Below are positions 1-8,575 of a stretch of 64,000 nt of DNA, in pieces; position 1 is the first letter of the stretch; each line of letters opens with the position of its first letter. Source of the stretch: a bacterium (lineage in GTDB: Bacteria > Patescibacteriota > Dojkabacteria > B142 > OLB20). The notes beneath the pieces were generated by a model. The model searched no databases and was not told the DNA's origin. It saw only the letters and a program-made list of their open reading frames with translations. The stretch is taken from the NCBI GenBank assembly GCA_021463645.1, contig JAJTYI010000005.1, positions 680 through 64,679 on the forward strand, read 5' to 3'. A program made the position numbers and the translations under genes.

Positions 1-36
1 ACTCCCAAAGATAAGTAAATACCAGTATATCAAATT

Positions 37-906
37 ATGGATTTTACAAGTACACTATCCCGCTTCGAGAAAAACCTAGAACAGAAAGGTCGCTCAAAGT
101 TTACTATTACTGCCTATCGTAAGGACCTAGATCAACTTATCAATTTTCTAAAAAAGAACAAAATTAATAAGTGGTCAGAAACGAGTAGTAAAATTCTAGA
201 AAAATATTTTCAGCAATTACAACAAGAATCAGAATTAACCCCAAAAAGTATATCCAGGAAAATTAACAGTACGAAGACATTTTTTAAATTTTTAATATCA
301 ATCAAGGAAATTGATTCAGACCACTCAAAAGAAATTAAACACCCAAAAATCCAACGTCAAGTTCCGAGGGTGCTAAATCCCCTAGAATATAAAGCCTTGA
401 GAGATACTGCCAAAAGTAATATTCGACTTTACACAATGATAGAGATGTTACTTCAAACAGGTATTAGGATTGGGGAGCTGTCACGTTTGGAGAAGAAAGA
501 CATAAATGATAAATTTACACAAATTCACATAAAAGCCTATTCTTCATATCCTGAGAGAACTATACCAATCAATCTATCACTAAGTGAAGCGCTTGATAAA
601 TATTTTAAAAGCAAGATATTCTTGACCACAAATAGCAAATATGTATTTTTCACGAGGACCGGAAACAAAATTTTAATCCGCAATATAAGATCCACAATTA
701 ACAATGCATTTCGGGCTACCGGAATAAAGGACGCGACAGTCAACGATTTACGTAACACATTTATAATCCATCAATTAGAAAACGGATTAAAGATCGATCT
801 TCTTGCCGAGATCGTTGGACACAAAAGACAAACTACCACCGAACACTATCTGGAATTTATCCAAACAAGAAGCCACAAAACAACTTCACGTATCTCTCCG
901 CTTTGA
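37..906 (+). CDS. Tyrosine recombinase / integrase (XerC/XerD-like)
   Basis: 289 aa. N-terminal SAM-like core-binding region (FTITAYRKDLDQLINFL). C-terminal catalytic boxes TGIRIGELSRL (Arg), LRNTFIIHQL (second Arg box) and GHKRQTTTEHYL (His...Tyr nucleophile). Ends 120 nt upstream of a tRNA gene. Confidence 0.8.
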   Translation: MDFTSTLSRFEKNLEQKGRSKFTITAYRKDLDQLINFLKKNKINKWSETSSKILEKYFQQLQQESELTPKSISRKINSTKTFFKFLISIKEIDSDHSKEIKHPKIQRQVPRVLNPLEYKALRDTAKSNIRLYTMIEMLLQTGIRIGELSRLEKKDINDKFTQIHIKAYSSYPERTIPINLSLSEALDKYFKSKIFLTTNSKYVFFTRTGNKILIRNIRSTINNAFRATGIKDATVNDLRNTFIIHQLENGLKIDLLAEIVGHKRQTTTEHYLEFIQTRSHKTTSRISPL

Positions 907-1025
907 TATTTTGTTATACAAAGTTTTTACGATTTTCCAAACTAATGTTAAAATGACACCAACCCTTACTCCTTGTTTTGAGGAGGATGGACGGAAATTC
1001 CCTTATTAATCAAGATGATTAATGA

Positions 1026-1099
1026 GGGCCAGTAGCTCAGGTGGTTAGAGCACCGTTCTTATAAAGCGGGGGTCGATGGTTCGAGTCCATCCTGGCCCA
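1026..1099 (+). tRNA. tRNA-Ile, anticodon UAU (reads AUA)
   Basis: Hand-folded 74-nt cloverleaf. Acceptor stem GGGCCAG/CTGGCCC, D arm GCTC-AGGTGGTTA-GAGC, anticodon stem CCGTT/AGCGG, loop C-T-TAT-A-A, 5-nt variable loop, T arm GATGG-TTCGAGT-CCATC, discriminator A. No encoded CCA. The body resembles bacterial tRNA-Ile. Confidence 0.8.
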
Positions 1100-1166
1100 T
1101 TTGGCTTTGGCATTCCACGCAGTGGGATGGCAGAGCCATTTTAGTATCGTTGGGACGAGAAGCCTG
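1083..1166 (+). repeat. Direct repeat copy 1: tRNA 3' end (T-loop/acceptor) plus downstream hairpin
   Basis: gagtccatcctggccca (the last 17 nt of the tRNA) is followed by tggctttggcattccac-gcag-tgggatggcagagcca, a roughly 16-bp imperfect stem at 1102-1138. This is followed by ttttagtatcgttgggacgagaagcctg. Confidence 0.85.
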
Positions 1167-1200
1167 CCCCGTAAAATTTCTGTTAAGAAATTTATTCGGG

Positions 1201-1284
1201 GAGTCCATCCTGGCCCATATGGCTTTGGCATTCCACGTAGTGGGATGACAGAGCCATTTTAGTTTCGATGGGACGAGAACCATG
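1201..1284 (+). repeat. Direct repeat copy 2: duplicated tRNA 3' fragment plus hairpin
   Basis: gagtccatcctggcccatatggctttggcattccacgtagtgggatgacagagccattttagtttcgatgggacgagaaccatg. Nearly identical to copy 1 with a few substitutions. It lacks the 5' two-thirds of a tRNA. Confidence 0.85.
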
Positions 1285-1382
1285 TAATGGTTCGACTTGT
1301 CTGCAGTTGCTGAATGAAGTGAAGCATTACTGCAGCATGATACTGCTGCTTATATTCTGTTTTACAGAATTTTGGCAGTAGT

Positions 1383-1493
1383 GAGTCTATCCTGGCCTTT
1401 CCGCTCATGCCTCGGCAAAGGGCGGGATGAGTTTTGGCATTCCACACAGTGGGATGGTAGAGCCATTTTAGTATCGATGGAACGATAAGCCTG
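1383..1493 (+). repeat. Direct repeat copy 3: degenerate, with an insertion of about 30 nt
   Basis: gagtctatcctggcc, then the inserted tttccgctcatgcctcggcaaagggcgggatgag, then ttttggcattccacacagtgggatggtagagccattttagtatcgatggaacgataagcctg. Confidence 0.8.
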
Positions 1494-1509
1494 TTCAATG
1501 AGTTAATCC

Positions 1510-2253
1510 TTATTTCAAAGTAAACCCAGCATCAACATAAATCACCTGCCCTGTCATTGCATCATTCTTTGTTAAGAAAATAAATGCATCAGCGATTTCA
1601 TCCTCAGTAACCCAGCGTTTAAGTTGAGTTTGATTAATGAAAATTTCACATTGTTCTTTGGTCATATTGTCGTAGTTTCTGGTCTTTACAAAACCTGGAG
1701 CTACTGCATTAACCTGTATATTTAGAGGTGCAGCCATTTTGGCGAATGTTCGAGTAAAACTATTTATCCCTGCTTTTGAAGCAGCATAAACCACTGATCT
1801 TCCACCATGTTCCCAACCTCTAATTGAGGAAGTATTTAAAATCTTACCTCCGCCATTCTTTTTCATAATTTCCACAGCTTTTTTCGAACATAGCATTGGT
1901 CCAATTAAGTCAGTATTTACCATTTCATATATTAAATCATCGGATGTTTCTAGAAACGGAACTTTATCGTTTGGAATTGCAGCATTGTTTATTAAGATAT
2001 CTAGTTTCTTAAATTTCTTTTCTATTTCGTCAAACAATCTATTTATTTCATCTCCTTTTGATACATCGGCCTGCATGACAAGACATTCTCCACCTAGTTT
2101 TTCAATTGCCGCCTTCGTTTCTTCTGCACCTTCCTTATTTACTCTGTAATTGATGACTACTTTCGCTCCTTCTTGAGCGAATCTAATTGCGGTTTGTCTC
2201 CCAATACCACTTGAAGATCCTGTAATAAGAACTACTTTGTTTTTTATTTCCAT
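1510..2253 (-). CDS. Short-chain dehydrogenase/reductase (FabG-like)
   Basis: 247 aa. Has TGSSSGIGR (cofactor-binding Gly motif), NNAA, and the catalytic S...YAASK (YxxxK). Confidence 0.85.
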   Translation of the reverse strand: MEIKNKVVLITGSSSGIGRQTAIRFAQEGAKVVINYRVNKEGAEETKAAIEKLGGECLVMQADVSKGDEINRLFDEIEKKFKKLDILINNAAIPNDKVPFLETSDDLIYEMVNTDLIGPMLCSKKAVEIMKKNGGGKILNTSSIRGWEHGGRSVVYAASKAGINSFTRTFAKMAAPLNIQVNAVAPGFVKTRNYDNMTKEQCEIFINQTQLKRWVTEDEIADAFIFLTKNDAMTGQVIYVDAGFTLK

Positions 2254-2295
2254 GGGTGAATTATTTAGAAAAATATTCTAATTATACTTTATTTG

Positions 2296-4794
2296 TTAGG
2301 TCTTTGGCTTGAGTGGTGTATTCATAGCTCCGCCTCCTAACCCAGGCATACCCATTCCACCAATTCCAGTCTTTGGAGCAGGAGCCTCATCATCCATTCT
2401 TGCTCTTTCGCGCATTTCAGCTTCTACTAATGCTCTATCGCGACCGTAGCGATATCTAGATAGATTTTTCACAATATCACCAGTACGTTTATCACCGTCT
2501 TTTGGAATATCAAAAGTTGCGTATTTATAATTTGTGTTAATCGAAAATGCAGGTGGGGATTCTCCTTGGTAGATAATCTTCACGTAAGCATTAACATTCT
2601 CAAGGTTAACCAAATCATTAGCGTCAAAAACTGGCATGAATACGCTTTCCAAAAATTGAGCATCTTGATTACCAACTTTGAAACTGATGACACTACCAAC
2701 ATTACCAAAAACAGCATCACGAATCTTCTCATCAATCTGTGTGATGTACTGATTAGCGACAATTAAGTTTAATCTATACTTTCGAGCCTCGGATAGAATC
2801 TGAGCAAAGTCTTCAGTGGAGAAGTTTTGGAACTCGTCTACATATAGATAAAAGTCTTTTCGATCATCTTGACGCATGTCGGCTCTGCTCATAGCTGCCG
2901 ATAAAATTCTAGGCACTAAAAGTAAACCTAAGAATTGAGCATTTTCTTCTCCTATCAGACCTTTTGATAAGTTGACAATCAACACTTTTTGATTATCCAT
3001 CACCCAACGCATGTTAAAGCCCGACTTTGCTTGACCGAAAATATTTCGAGCTAATTTATTTGTTACAAACCTATCAAACTTAGAAACGATATAGCCCAAG
3101 ACCTCTGACTTATGGAATTCTTGAGTATTAGCAATTTCATCAGTCCAGTATCTCTTTACTAATTCGTCTTTAATATTTGGAATCTTCTTATTCGCATAAT
3201 TTTGGTCACTCAAGATTCTCAATACTTCAACTAAAGTAGTTCCCTCCTCTTCCATCACGGTAAGCATTGCGTTTCGAACTGCTCTTTCGAATCTAGGTCC
3301 TGTAATACCTTGATTGTGAGGGTCGAACATTTTCTGCATCATTCCCAAGATAGCATTCACAACTCTATGTTTATCCTGTTCATCGTAATATTCGATAATA
3401 TTGAAACCGAGAGGTCTTTCGGTATCACTTGGATCCCAATAAATCACATCCTCTATCCTGTGAGGAGGAATTCTCTCAAGTAACCACTCAGCACTATCTC
3501 CGTGAGGATCTAGGAACGCTATTCCCTCACCATTGATAATGTCCTGAAGTGCCATTTGTTGCAACATATAGGATTTTCCAGAGCCAGTTTTACCGACCAT
3601 ATACATATGTCTACGTCTATCCTCCCTCATCATGAATATTGGTTTATTCACATCTCTGTAGAAGTTGTTCCCCAGCCACAAATCTCCCGTTGATGGGATA
3701 CCAGCGGTAGCAGGGGCTCTCTTGGATAAAAGCCAATTAATATGTGGAGTATTTATCATCTTGTTTGGGAAATGCATAATTGTAGCCAATTCTGCTGTAT
3801 TCAATATGGATGTTTCCCTTGGGATTCTATAGATAAAGTCTTCTATAAATTTGTTCTTCATATTCTTCTTCACCGACACTTTTACAAATTCGTTACTACC
3901 CTCTTTTTTAAATTGAGAAAATGAACTTGTCATAGTATTCAATGTTTGAGAGGCTTCTCCCATAGTTCGGGCTACACTTACCAATCTCAAATCTACGTAA
4001 AATCCTCCTTTTTCGCATTTTTTCTCAATAGATGCGAGCATATCTTCTGGTGCATCAATTTTCTTCTTTTCTGGATCTGAGTTATTATGACGAACTTTTG
4101 CGACAAACTTTTTACCTGCTTCTCTCCATCCACTCCCTGCACTTGTTATTACTACTTGGAAAGCAGCGGCTTCACCTAATCTCAACTTGCTCATTGTAGT
4201 CAAAATTGATGATAAGGAATCAGTACTGAGCTCTTCGTATGTACGAATAGGTTTATAACTATCCTTATTGAGTTTTAAGACTGCAAAGTCTACCTTCGAA
4301 CCATCATTAAAAATATTATATTCATCTACCTTGATTACTTCGGCCGTAGGATAGGCACCGTTAATAGCTTTCTCAACAGTATTAGACACACTTTTGCTTG
4401 TTACTACATAAAATCGAATAGTTTCAGGCAATCCTACAACTTCAAAGCTAACAAAGTTATTTGCTCCCACGAATTTTTGCTTGCCCTTTAACTTTTCTCC
4501 AATATTTAACAACCCTGAGAACATTTGATCCGCAGCCTGTATCTCCACTTCATTTGTTTTCGGAAGTCTAACTTCGAAGATTTCGGCATCTAGGGATTTT
4601 TTCTCAATAGAGGCTTCCTTGATACGACTCAAGAATTTAAGGACGAGATGTCTTCCTAAGAAAATCGCTCCAATTAATGCAACAATAGACAATATGAGAA
4701 TAATCCAAAATGTAGGCTCTGCAATGAAGCCAAACATACTACCTCCAGAAGGACTTGGAGCGTTTATTACGGGTCTCGACTGAATTAAAATCAT
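2296..4794 (-). CDS. Membrane-anchored FtsK/HerA-superfamily ATPase, type IV coupling protein-like (VirD4/TraD/TraG family)
   Basis: 832 aa. N-terminal TM helix (FWIILILSIVALIGAIFLG). Walker A VGKTGSGKS, then FLDPHGD. Walker B FYLYVDEFQNF. A Gly/Met-rich tail. Confidence 0.6.
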   Translation of the reverse strand: MILIQSRPVINAPSPSGGSMFGFIAEPTFWIILILSIVALIGAIFLGRHLVLKFLSRIKEASIEKKSLDAEIFEVRLPKTNEVEIQAADQMFSGLLNIGEKLKGKQKFVGANNFVSFEVVGLPETIRFYVVTSKSVSNTVEKAINGAYPTAEVIKVDEYNIFNDGSKVDFAVLKLNKDSYKPIRTYEELSTDSLSSILTTMSKLRLGEAAAFQVVITSAGSGWREAGKKFVAKVRHNNSDPEKKKIDAPEDMLASIEKKCEKGGFYVDLRLVSVARTMGEASQTLNTMTSSFSQFKKEGSNEFVKVSVKKNMKNKFIEDFIYRIPRETSILNTAELATIMHFPNKMINTPHINWLLSKRAPATAGIPSTGDLWLGNNFYRDVNKPIFMMREDRRRHMYMVGKTGSGKSYMLQQMALQDIINGEGIAFLDPHGDSAEWLLERIPPHRIEDVIYWDPSDTERPLGFNIIEYYDEQDKHRVVNAILGMMQKMFDPHNQGITGPRFERAVRNAMLTVMEEEGTTLVEVLRILSDQNYANKKIPNIKDELVKRYWTDEIANTQEFHKSEVLGYIVSKFDRFVTNKLARNIFGQAKSGFNMRWVMDNQKVLIVNLSKGLIGEENAQFLGLLLVPRILSAAMSRADMRQDDRKDFYLYVDEFQNFSTEDFAQILSEARKYRLNLIVANQYITQIDEKIRDAVFGNVGSVISFKVGNQDAQFLESVFMPVFDANDLVNLENVNAYVKIIYQGESPPAFSINTNYKYATFDIPKDGDKRTGDIVKNLSRYRYGRDRALVEAEMRERARMDDEAPAPKTGIGGMGMPGLGGGAMNTPLKPKT

Positions 4795-4853
4795 ATCTGA
4801 TAAATATTCTTTACTTATTATAGTACAGTATTTAAATCAGGAGAAACAGAAGT

Positions 4854-5618
4854 TTAGTCTTGATAGGTTTGCCTTTTTAGCAATTTATCAAGCAGTACAT
4901 AAATCCAAGTTCTAGCATCATCTGGATTTCCAGTACCCTTTCTTTCACGAATCGCAGTTATATTTGTAGTTATTGCTTGAGGTATATGGTAGCCAAAAAT
5001 CTTAGGCCCTTGTGGTTTTGCCGAAGGTATTTGGGCAACTGGCATCTTTGCCTTCTCAGCTTGTTGATCGTCATTTTGAGGATTCCTTGTTTCTTTGTTT
5101 TCAATTTGTTGTAAGTTTTCACTCGCTCTTTCAAGTTGTTTAAGTTTTTCATATCCATACTCTACGCTTTGGTTTGATTGTTCCGGAGCAACTGGGATAG
5201 GAGCAGATTCTGGAGATCCTGTACTGACCGAAACTGGTTGTTGAGCAGGAACAGTATTCGAGTCAATTCCTTGTTGGTCATCAGCTGGACTCGTAGGTTG
5301 TTGCTGATTTGGATACTGATTACCTTGTGTATTTACATACGGCATCTGATTGCCGTCGTTTGGATAATTAACAGGCTGAGAACCTGGGTTATCTTGATAA
5401 TTTTGATTGTACTGTTGTTGCTGATTAGGGTTCGCCTGATAATTCTGATTGTATTGTTGCTGAGGATTAGGGTTAGCTTGATAATTCTGATAGTTTCCCG
5501 GCTGCTGCGGTGCATAAGGCATGAATTGTGGATTTTGCATAGCCGGATTGTATTGGGGTTGATTACCACCATTTGGATCGTTTACAGGTTGTTGTGTTGG
5601 TTGTTGATAGTCTTGCAT
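4854..5618 (-). CDS. Q/N/P-rich low-complexity protein with a conserved-looking C-terminal globular end
   Basis: 254 aa. Repeated NQNYQANPN(P/Q)QQQY units. No TM helix. Starts 2 nt after the smpB stop. Confidence 0.5.
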   Translation of the reverse strand: MQDYQQPTQQPVNDPNGGNQPQYNPAMQNPQFMPYAPQQPGNYQNYQANPNPQQQYNQNYQANPNQQQQYNQNYQDNPGSQPVNYPNDGNQMPYVNTQGNQYPNQQQPTSPADDQQGIDSNTVPAQQPVSVSTGSPESAPIPVAPEQSNQSVEYGYEKLKQLERASENLQQIENKETRNPQNDDQQAEKAKMPVAQIPSAKPQGPKIFGYHIPQAITTNITAIRERKGTGNPDDARTWIYVLLDKLLKRQTYQD

Positions 5619-5620
5619 AT

Positions 5621-6076
5621 CTAATTATAACCCAGATGTTTAAGATCGCGGTCAATTTGTCTAATTTGATCCTTTTCCTTCAATCTTGCCCTTTTGTCAT
5701 ACTTCTTCTTGCCTCTTGCAAGTGCAATTTCAAGCTTTATTTTGTTTTTATCTAAATATAATTGGAGTGGAACAATTGTTTGACCTTTAATTTTCGTCCC
5801 AGAAATTAAGTTATTAATTTCTTGTTGATGTAATAATAATACTCGATCTCGGTCAAAGTCGGGGTCGGTATCTTTGTGCATTCCAGGCCATTCCGAGATG
5901 TGCATCTTTTCGATTATTGGTACTCCATCCATGATTTTCACATAGCTTTCCTTCAAACTCACTCTTCCAGTTTTAATTGATTTAACTTCCCATCCTTTCA
6001 ATACTAAACCAGCCTGAAATTTCTTCAAAACCTCATAGTTGAATACTGCCTTTTTGTTATTTGCGAGAATTTTCAT
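5621..6076 (-). CDS. smpB: SsrA-binding protein SmpB
   Basis: 151 aa. N-terminal ANNKKAVFNYEV...GLVLKGWEVKSIK signature and a basic C-terminal tail. Confidence 0.9.
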   Translation of the reverse strand: MKILANNKKAVFNYEVLKKFQAGLVLKGWEVKSIKTGRVSLKESYVKIMDGVPIIEKMHISEWPGMHKDTDPDFDRDRVLLLHQQEINNLISGTKIKGQTIVPLQLYLDKNKIKLEIALARGKKKYDKRARLKEKDQIRQIDRDLKHLGYN

Positions 6077-6098
6077 TATTTACAAGAAATGCATATCT

Positions 6099-8348
6099 CT
6101 ATAACTTATTCAAGCCAGTGAGGTCAAGTTCATAAAGAACGGACTTATCTATTGTATAGATTTTCCCTTGAGCGACTACTGATACAACATCTAATAATTC
6201 TCCGAACATCTCTCCGTCTCTCGATTTGTATTGACCTTTAAATTTTGCTGTCTGAACACCTTTATCGAACACTGCAACTCTTTTGTTTTCAGGGTCTGTG
6301 AAGTAAATATTGGTTCCATCTACAAACATTCCTGTACTTTTGTTCATATCCTCACCCTCAGGTAAACCAATCAACTCTGGTGAATCATCTTGACCATTTA
6401 AGAACCTGTATAAACCCTGATTAATTTCAGCTAAAACGTATATCTTGTTATCGATTATGTAGATGTCCTTTCCTGTTGCAAGTCCTGCAAGCTCGAAACG
6501 AGAGGCAGGCAATCCGTAGTTGTCGCCTGACTTCTCAAGATACATGACTTTTTTATCTGTTTTATTAACTAGATATACTCTCCCTCCTGAAATCTCCGCA
6601 AATTCAATCGAACCAACTTCACCTATACGCGATGTAGATGTCCCTGCAAGTCTTTTTGTGGTCTTTGTTGTCGGATCGAAAATACCAATTCTGTTTTCAG
6701 ATGAATCATCCAGGAAAAACACTTTGCCCTGTGTATCAACTGTAAGTGATGTTGGATTTGTTAAATCTGAAACGATTTCCTGTAAGTCTGTACCATCAAA
6801 ATTTACAGAGTAAATTTTTCCCAATCCGCTATCTGATAAGAAGATCTTCGTGCTCGAAAATGCAACATCACTTAAAGAAGCATCTGGGAAAAAACTTGCT
6901 ACATCGACAAGCTTATTGTCTTCACTAACTGGAACGATTCTATTGAAATAATCTTCGGCTACTTGAACTCTTGCTGAGAATGCCTCCACTTCCGTTTTCA
7001 CTTGCTCAAAATCTTTCACTTTATCGATTTCCGCTCTAGCTAAAGCGACTTCATTAATTCCTTGTTGTCTTTTCTCGGTACTATCATTTAACTTTATTTC
7101 CGCAACTAGGTTTTCCAATGTTTCGACTTTTTGAGTCAAAACTTCTAGCGAGACTTGTGCTTCTTCTGTTTGAACCTTTTCGGTATTGTTTTTGATTGCT
7201 TGTCTAACACCAATATATAGAGCTCCACTTAAAAGGAACAAAACCAATACAATAATTATCACTTTTTGTTTTGGTTTGTTACCAGATGGGACCAACTCCG
7301 GTTGTGATTTGTTCATTGAAGATTTAACTCTCTTGGGGAGTAGCTTTAATTTGTTGGTAAGCTTGGTTAACAATACTTTGTAGGTTTTTTCTTCCTTGAT
7401 TGTGAGCGGTTTTCTATCATCCTCTTTCACAACATCTTCGGGAGATTTTTCGATATCTTCAGTATTTTCTTGTATTTCCATTTCCTCAGTTTTTATTTCA
7501 TCTGTCTCCACTAGTGGTTCATCCAGATTAGGATTATCAGCATCTTCCATGGCTGAAGGCACATCTGAGGTAACAACAGGTTCGTCCAAAAACTCACTTT
7601 CGACAAGAACTTCTTCATTCTCGGAAGCGATTAATTCACCTAAAGTCTTGTCATCTTCCTCAGGATCTACTGTGTTCAAAAGTTTTTCTTCCATTTTCTC
7701 ACCCAATTTATATCCAACTATCATCAATGCATGTTCATAGCTGTTTTTTTCTTTTTTTGGAAAATCGTCGACTTCAAACTCGTTTAATAATTTCTCAGTC
7801 TCATCTTTCTTCAATAACTTAGAAACTGCCTCTGTACTGATTAAAATCCGATCGTCAGGCATTAGTTCCATACTTGCAACCTCGACCATACCCTCTCCAC
7901 TCGGGTCTTTAAGCGCAGATTTGATATCAACCAATTCTCCTTCACGCAACACTTTTACTGCAGAAGAACCAGCATTAACAAAATATGCGACATTATCAAC
8001 GATTGACATCGCAATCAAATCCATCTCGATCCCAGTCTTACCGACTTTGTTGTCATTATCGATTAATTTGGCTAGATGTTTACTAGACGAAATAACAGTT
8101 TTTTCTAATGCCAGTAATGTACTGGATTCTTGTATTTCGAAATATGTTTCATGGAAATAATCTAATAAAATCCCCCCAGCGGTAATCAAGTCAAAATCGG
8201 GGTCTGATTTTAAACGAAGGACAGCAAAAACTTCTCCTTTTCGAGCGAGGATGTTTTCGTTTCGGGGTTTGTAATTATAGACAGTAGCAAGAAATCCTTT
8301 TTGGATGTCTTTGCTAAAGTAGAATTTTCGTGAGACAGATTCGTTCAT
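6099..8348 (-). CDS. Single-pass membrane protein: N-terminal PP2C-like (degenerate) domain, acidic linker, TM helix, coiled coil, C-terminal beta-propeller (NHL/YVTN-like repeats)
   Basis: 749 aa. The N-terminal stretch reads like a PPM fold without clear metal-binding Asp boxes (DLIAMSIVDNVAYFVNAGSSAVKVLREGELVDI...DDRILISTEAV). TM helix VIIIVLVLFLLSGALYIGV. C-terminal repeats include IYSVNFDGTDLQ, VFFLDDSSENRIGIFDP and IYFTDPENKRVAVFD. Confidence 0.4.
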   Translation of the reverse strand: MNESVSRKFYFSKDIQKGFLATVYNYKPRNENILARKGEVFAVLRLKSDPDFDLITAGGILLDYFHETYFEIQESSTLLALEKTVISSSKHLAKLIDNDNKVGKTGIEMDLIAMSIVDNVAYFVNAGSSAVKVLREGELVDIKSALKDPSGEGMVEVASMELMPDDRILISTEAVSKLLKKDETEKLLNEFEVDDFPKKEKNSYEHALMIVGYKLGEKMEEKLLNTVDPEEDDKTLGELIASENEEVLVESEFLDEPVVTSDVPSAMEDADNPNLDEPLVETDEIKTEEMEIQENTEDIEKSPEDVVKEDDRKPLTIKEEKTYKVLLTKLTNKLKLLPKRVKSSMNKSQPELVPSGNKPKQKVIIIVLVLFLLSGALYIGVRQAIKNNTEKVQTEEAQVSLEVLTQKVETLENLVAEIKLNDSTEKRQQGINEVALARAEIDKVKDFEQVKTEVEAFSARVQVAEDYFNRIVPVSEDNKLVDVASFFPDASLSDVAFSSTKIFLSDSGLGKIYSVNFDGTDLQEIVSDLTNPTSLTVDTQGKVFFLDDSSENRIGIFDPTTKTTKRLAGTSTSRIGEVGSIEFAEISGGRVYLVNKTDKKVMYLEKSGDNYGLPASRFELAGLATGKDIYIIDNKIYVLAEINQGLYRFLNGQDDSPELIGLPEGEDMNKSTGMFVDGTNIYFTDPENKRVAVFDKGVQTAKFKGQYKSRDGEMFGELLDVVSVVAQGKIYTIDKSVLYELDLTGLNKL

Positions 8349-8575
8349 ATTTCGGGCAGTAATATGATTAGTAATAATATTGCGACCAATAGTATAACAT
8401 GCACATACGCAAATAATAATACTTTGCGATTGCCATCGATTACTACTACTCTGCTTGCAAGAACCGACTGTCTAATCAGAACTATTATCGCAAGTATGTG
8501 AATTAACATGAACACTACTATTGTAATTTTACCTACTACAAAAGCTATATCACCAAGTGAAAAATTAAAAATCAT
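8345..8575 (-). CDS. Small two-TM membrane protein
   Basis: 76 aa and hydrophobic. Has 4-nt overlaps with both neighbours, suggesting translational coupling. Confidence 0.4.
   Translation of the reverse strand: MIFNFSLGDIAFVVGKITIVVFMLIHILAIIVLIRQSVLASRVVVIDGNRKVLLFAYVHVILLVAILLLIILLPEI

Noticed and set aside
1083-1497. Possible CRISPR array
   Set aside because: There are only three copies. The units are ~80-110 nt and begin with tRNA sequence, the spacers are of unequal size (about 35 and 100 nt), and no cas genes are present. The pattern fits att-site or terminator reiteration better.
1037-1498. Three minus-strand ORFs (64, 74 and 79 aa) with repeated peptides such as KWLCHPT(A/T)WNAK
   Set aside because: They are translations of the reverse strand of the tRNA and of the three tRNA-3'-end/hairpin repeats. 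The peptide repetition simply mirrors the DNA repeat, and the ORFs overlap a well-folding tRNA.
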